From an uncultured Bacteroidota bacterium (GTDB taxonomy: Bacteria; Bacteroidota; Bacteroidia; Bacteroidales; DTGW01), in assembly GCA_963851385.1 (NCBI GenBank), contig CAWKPE010000019.1, forward strand, positions 24,355 through 88,354: 64,000 nt of DNA. Direction: 5' to 3'. This document shows, piece by piece, positions 60,219 to 64,000 of this stretch (position 1 is its first letter; every line of letters starts with the position of its first letter). The notes under the pieces were generated by a model. It had not been told where the DNA came from and made no database searches. It saw only the letters and a list, made by a program, of their open reading frames with translations. The position numbers and the translations under genes were made by a program.

Positions 60219-60312
60219 TCAATAAAATATTAATACTTACTAAATGAAAATAAAAACAAGAATTGCCGGGCTTATCTAGAATAGAATAGTAAATGAAACG
60301 TATTTTACAGTT

Positions 60313-60531
60313 TGTACGCACGTGTGAAGATATTCTAAAATAGAATGTTTTAGAAAGAGTTTTCTTACACTATAAAAATGGTCGAAAAAAGAATTACTGG
60401 ACTTTCTTGAGTAGAATTATTAGACAGATACGCGCGCGCGAAGGAATATTGAAGTTTTTTACAGTCCATAAAAAGGGCTTATGTAAAATAGAACAATTTA
60501 GAACTAAAATTGCGCTCTTACACTATAAAAA
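60313..60531 (+). repeat. two imperfect direct repeats (GC-rich TACGCRCG head, then TAAAATAGAA, TTTAGAA and CTTACACTATAAAAA)
   Basis: Unit A is 60315-60378. Unit B is 60429-60531 and equals unit A plus an insertion of about 35 nt. The CTTACACTATAAAAA box is identical at 60364-60378 and 60517-60531. A third GC-rich head, TACGCGCGTGAGAT, lies at 61903-61916. Confidence 0.65.
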
Positions 60532-60540
60532 AGAGTAGAT

Positions 60541-60816
60541 ATGTCAAGAAGAAAACTAGGAGATAGAAAAAAAGGCACAACAGACCAAGTAACCAGAGAC
60601 ATCAAAGAAGCATATAGTTTACTTATAGAAAATAATCTTAATAATATGGAAATTTGGTTAAATAAACTTGCATCTAAAGACCCAGGGAAAGCATTTAAGC
60701 TAATAATTAAGTTATCAAAATATATAATCCCTAAACTTAGCCGAAGTAATTTTGATTTAAAAGCAACGGAACATGAAAATAAAATTATTAAAGTCACCTA
60801 TGAAGATTTAAATTAA
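60541..60816 (+). CDS. small basic protein, phage-like (resembles the N-terminal regions of some small terminase / packaging proteins; unverified)
   Basis: 91 aa: RRKLGDRKKGTTDQVTRDIKEAYSLLIENNLNNMEIWLNKLASKDPGKAFKLIIKLSKYIIPKL. The pattern is familiar from phage small ORFs, recalled from memory only. Confidence 0.45.
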   Translation: MSRRKLGDRKKGTTDQVTRDIKEAYSLLIENNLNNMEIWLNKLASKDPGKAFKLIIKLSKYIIPKLSRSNFDLKATEHENKIIKVTYEDLN

Positions 60817-61036
60817 GAATTGTCCGAGTGTGAAAAATAAACTTTTGTTTTTAGTAAATAGAATTTAAGTGAATAATTGATTTTAACATTAATAAGAAAT
60901 ATGGCATTTACAAATTAGACAATATGTTAAGTTTATAACAAGTTCTTTCAATAGCATTACAAAGCAATAATATAAAGGCATTGAGGCCAATTTATAGAGT
61001 AAATGTAAAATTTAATCCCTAAAGATTTAGGTTATT

Positions 61037-61124
61037 AAAAAATGTACAAGAAACATTAGTTTTCACATGAAAATGCACAAGAATTTCACAAAAAACGCAA
61101 AATAAATGCAACAAAATTTCAAAA
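61037..61124 (+). repeat. three iteron-like direct repeats AAATGYACAAGAA...TTTCACA
   Basis: AAATG starts at 61040, 61071 and 61104, with spacings of 31 and 33 nt. Each repeat is followed by TTTCACA or TTTCAAA. Further TTTCA copies lie at 61138 and 61151. Confidence 0.55.
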
Positions 61125-61214
61125 TAAATTCTAAAAATTTTCAAAAGAGTTTTCAGTGTATTAACAGTATAAATACAGTATGAATTCCAAAAAATTGCAA
61201 CGTAAATTCAACTT

Positions 61215-61829
61215 ATGGGTAGACACACGACCGGAGCATTATCAACAAATGAAATATATAGGATTGAATTAAGTTTTTTAATAAAAAGAAAATTTATTCA
61301 AAAAGACCGAAACAATTCATTTAATCTGACTTGGTCTCCAGGTAGTAATAATATTTCTGTAATTAGTAATTATTTTTCATATGATATTTGGATAAGACTA
61401 GTTTATACTATTACTGATTATGAGGGTAAAAAATATGAATATGATTATAAAATTTATTTAGTTGAAAGACCCAGTAATTTAGGGATTGGAAACGTTTTAT
61501 ACTTTATTTGTCCTGATTCAGGTAAATTGTGTAGAGTTTTATATAGATGTTATGGCTCGCATATTTGGAAATCAAGAGAAGCATATAGAAATAGAATTTA
61601 TTATTCCAGTCAAATTTCCTCAAAACTGAATTACTTCAATGATAGATACTGGCAAATAGAAAGAACTTTAGAGAAGTTGAGGCAAGAAAGGAAAAGTTAT
61701 TATTATAAGAATTCTAAGACAAAAAGATTAAAGAGAATTGAAAGATTGGAGTGGCAAAAAATAAAGTTCGACAATTTAAGATGGAATGTGTTTGGTAAAA
61801 GTCTAGGACATCATTTCGGTGCTTTATAA
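61215..61829 (+). CDS. conserved-looking hypothetical protein
   Basis: 204 aa. The segment FNLTWSPGSNNISV...IRLVYTI...VLYFICPDSGKLCRVLY...YYSSQ recalls a widespread uncharacterised family with an F.CP....C.R...LY core. I cannot name the family. Confidence 0.55.
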   Translation: MGRHTTGALSTNEIYRIELSFLIKRKFIQKDRNNSFNLTWSPGSNNISVISNYFSYDIWIRLVYTITDYEGKKYEYDYKIYLVERPSNLGIGNVLYFICPDSGKLCRVLYRCYGSHIWKSREAYRNRIYYSSQISSKLNYFNDRYWQIERTLEKLRQERKSYYYKNSKTKRLKRIERLEWQKIKFDNLRWNVFGKSLGHHFGAL

Positions 61830-62179
61830 TTCTAAATCAGAAGGGAACAAGATAATAATTTCATTAATGAAGTGATCTATAACAAAGCGTATTCGTATAT
61901 CATACGCGCGTGAGATAAAATTATTATAATTCTAGATAACGTTTATGTAAAAATTAATTTATAAATTGCTTGTTAAATAATGATTTAAGTTTTAAAATTA
62001 AATTTATTCAATCTTAATCTATACTGCTATAACCGTAATACAGGAACGATTAATATTTATCTATAAGAAACTTATGGACAAGTTAAAAACGGTGTATCAA
62101 ATAATCATTATCGTACTATCAATGAGTTTAATAAATAATTGCGGAATGTCTGAAATGTTTTTAATTTATAATTAAATCT

Positions 62180-63337
62180 ATGCCTAATCCTCAAAATGAC
62201 AATTTAAACACTGAAGCAGACGATAAATCTTCTCTTCTTGCCTATGAAACAAGAGGTGCCAGAGAAGCGGCAAAATTTTATCCTGACTTTTTACAATATA
62301 AAGACAGAGCAAGAATCGTTTGCAATGAACATACACAAATAAGCCAGCAAGCTAAACAGAAAAAGATTGAAGGAGTTGAAAATGACATTGAGCAACAAAG
62401 ACAGATAATAGAAAGTAAAAAACTAGAGGTTCAGAAAATAGAATCAGAAAAAAATAAACACCAACTAGAATTAGCAGGCTTAAATATTGCACCGAGTAAA
62501 GCACCTCTTTTTATTGTTGGTAGTATAGTAATTTTTTTAGGAACTGCCCTGTTTCTTTTTTATGGACTTACATTGTCCAGTGTAATTGGAACACTTGTTA
62601 AATCAACAAGTGATCAGCTGCAAGGTCAGCAAATACAAGCTGCTATTCCAACATTATGGGACAACTTTTTAAAACTTCCTATTTTTCTTAAAATCATTTC
62701 TATTTTATTATCTGTTCTTCCGCTTGGTATTGGCTATTTGTTACAAGAATACAAGCAAAAAAAACAATGGCTTGGCTTTATTATAATTATACTATTCGTT
62801 TTTGTTCTTGATGTTGTAATTGCATTTGTTGTTGAAAAACAAATATACACTCAGGAATCATTAATAACCGAAATGAAACCATTTAGTCAATATATTAATG
62901 ATAGTATTTTAGGTTCATTTGGAGCAATAATATTGCTTGGGTTCGGTGCTTATTTAGTTTGGGGCATGTTGCTTGACTCTTTTTTAGAAAAATTAAATCC
63001 GCAAATTCATAAAACAAGAGTTGAACAGAAAATTAAATCTTTTGATTTATCAATTTCTATTTTAAAAAATGAAATTCAAAATATAGAAGCAACAATTACT
63101 GAATTTAAAAATAAAATAAAAGATTTGCTAGAATCTCAGATACGTTTATTAGACAAAGAAGCAGAAAAGGAATTGCAAAAGAATTTAAGTAACTATACTT
63201 CTGGATGGGAAAAATATATTATAATATATCATGGAAATGATAAACAAATGACTAAAGCTAAAATTGAGGAACTTTTTTCAAAAAAAAATGAAGTAATTAA
63301 GGAATTTAATGAAACCTTTGAAACAATAAAACAATGA
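62180..63337 (+). CDS. four-TM membrane protein flanked by coiled coils
   Basis: 385 aa. The N-terminal heptad-like region reads KQKKIEGVENDIEQQRQIIESKKLEVQKIESEKNKHQLEL. Four hydrophobic helices lie at roughly residues 108-135, 165-190, 197-218 and 243-265. The C-terminal coiled coil reads ILKNEIQNIEATITEFKNKIKDLLESQIRLLDKEAEKELQ. Confidence 0.65.
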   Translation: MPNPQNDNLNTEADDKSSLLAYETRGAREAAKFYPDFLQYKDRARIVCNEHTQISQQAKQKKIEGVENDIEQQRQIIESKKLEVQKIESEKNKHQLELAGLNIAPSKAPLFIVGSIVIFLGTALFLFYGLTLSSVIGTLVKSTSDQLQGQQIQAAIPTLWDNFLKLPIFLKIISILLSVLPLGIGYLLQEYKQKKQWLGFIIIILFVFVLDVVIAFVVEKQIYTQESLITEMKPFSQYINDSILGSFGAIILLGFGAYLVWGMLLDSFLEKLNPQIHKTRVEQKIKSFDLSISILKNEIQNIEATITEFKNKIKDLLESQIRLLDKEAEKELQKNLSNYTSGWEKYIIIYHGNDKQMTKAKIEELFSKKNEVIKEFNETFETIKQ

Positions 63338-64000
63338 AAATAATAACAGATTTTCACAGACAATATATAATTTATTTAAGTATTTATCTTATATCATCTT
63401 TTCTTTTATTTTCTTGTGTTACAGACACAAATGAATATTCAAAACGAGGAGGAGCATCTAATTTAGTCATTCCATATAATATTACAATCCTTATAGACCT
63501 TTCTGACAGAAATCTTTCTAATAATTATCCTCAACTTACAACTGATATACCTGTGAAGCATGACACAACAGCAATAAGAATTATTTTATCTGTCCTTAAA
63601 GAAACTTTTCGTTCATTGACAATAAAAGATAAATTAAACATTGAACCTGTTCATCAAGACAATTCAAATTACGACCAATATTATTCAGATAATTACGAGA
63701 AATTAAAAATTGATATGGAAAAAATTTTTCAAGAGTTGAAAAGTCAGGGAAAACCATGTCTCTCAATACCAGTAAGGAAAAAAGAATTTGACAAGCGTTG
63801 TAATACTTTAATAAAAAGTACTAGCGAATTAGAAAATATTGCCTTACAAAATCAAAATCCTTCAGGTGGTGATGTTACTAAATTTTTAAAAGAAAAACTT
63901 AAATACTATTTCAGACAAGATTATAAGAATGTTCTAGTTATACTTACTGACGGGGATGAAGCATTTAATAGCGATATTCAAAAGAGTAGAACAAAAATAG
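63334..64000 (+). CDS. lipoprotein with a vWA-like fold (partial; runs off the window)
   Basis: It is not in the ORF track because it has no stop in the window. The ATG at 63334 overlaps the upstream stop (ATGA). Lipobox FLLFSC. Segments NITILIDLSDR, SGGDVTKFL and VLVILTDGDE sit in the order and spacing of vWA beta1 (DxSxS-like), the Thr loop and the beta4 Asp. Confidence 0.5.
   Translation, partial: MKIITDFHRQYIIYLSIYLISSFLLFSCVTDTNEYSKRGGASNLVIPYNITILIDLSDRNLSNNYPQLTTDIPVKHDTTAIRIILSVLKETFRSLTIKDKLNIEPVHQDNSNYDQYYSDNYEKLKIDMEKIFQELKSQGKPCLSIPVRKKEFDKRCNTLIKSTSELENIALQNQNPSGGDVTKFLKEKLKYYFRQDYKNVLVILTDGDEAFNSDIQKSRTKI

Larger units (their letters stand above)
55609..64000 (+). mobile_element. 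integrase-bearing genomic island (integrative element or phage-satellite-like), right end outside the window
   Basis: All genes are co-directional: integrase, ORFan, AlpA-like HTH, polymerase-like protein, repeat blocks, small phage-like ORF, then accessory genes. The left limit is set provisionally at the 14-bp inverted repeat. I saw no tRNA or att direct repeat. Confidence 0.6.

Noticed and set aside
60364-60531. The CACTATA core of the repeated CTTACACTATAAAAA box resembles the T7-class promoter core (CTCACTATAG), next to a gene whose motif C is HDS as in T7 RNA polymerase
   Set aside because: Only 7 nt match, the rest of the 17-23 nt phage promoter consensus is absent, and the protein is far smaller than known single-subunit RNA polymerases. 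I kept the box as a repeat observation but do not call it a phage-type promoter.
60504-60797. 97-aa minus-strand ORF overlapping the 60541-60816 plus-strand ORF
   Set aside because: All other island genes are on the plus strand. The plus-strand product has a familiar phage-like basic N-terminus, while the minus-strand product is Leu/Ser/Phe-rich low complexity.
1-64000. CRISPR arrays, rRNA or tRNA genes, and IS elements with terminal inverted repeats
   Set aside because: I saw no regularly spaced 25-40 nt repeats, no rRNA-like conserved blocks, no tRNA signatures, and no transposase-like ORFs.

Overview
This is an AT-rich segment with the hallmarks of a Bacteroidota chromosome. It has T9SS C-terminal sorting domains, CarboxypepD_reg-type TonB-dependent receptors paired with DUF4249 lipoproteins, an ECF sigma/anti-sigma pair, TAnnTTTG-type -7 boxes and a Bacteroidetes-type tyrosine integrase. 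I found no rRNA, tRNA or CRISPR array. Positions 1 to about 55,000 are chromosomal backbone: transporters, secreted hydrolases, a large GH2 enzyme with a lactonase, a MocR regulator divergent from a branched-chain aminotransferase, an alcohol dehydrogenase, and sensing proteins. At least eight backbone genes are broken by frameshifts or truncation, and every broken gene encodes an envelope, secreted or sensor protein. One whole four-gene locus (12.4-19.3 kb) is decayed, while an intact paralogous receptor/DUF4249 pair sits at 50.5-53.7 kb. From about 55.6 kb to the window end lies an integrase-bearing island that runs off the window. Its order is integrase, an ORFan, an AlpA/excisionase-like HTH, a 499-aa protein, two blocks of repeats, small ORFs, then a translationally coupled pair (a coiled-coil membrane protein and a vWA-like lipoprotein). 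By eye, the 499-aa protein carries the motifs of a family-A (Pol I / T7-like) polymerase domain with no exonuclease domain. This polymerase-bearing, satellite-like island is my best candidate for something undescribed. A GC-rich multi-hairpin element at 41.4-41.7 kb and a small terminated transcription unit at 37.6-37.8 kb are unexplained non-coding signals. All family assignments come from reading the translations by eye; no searches were run.
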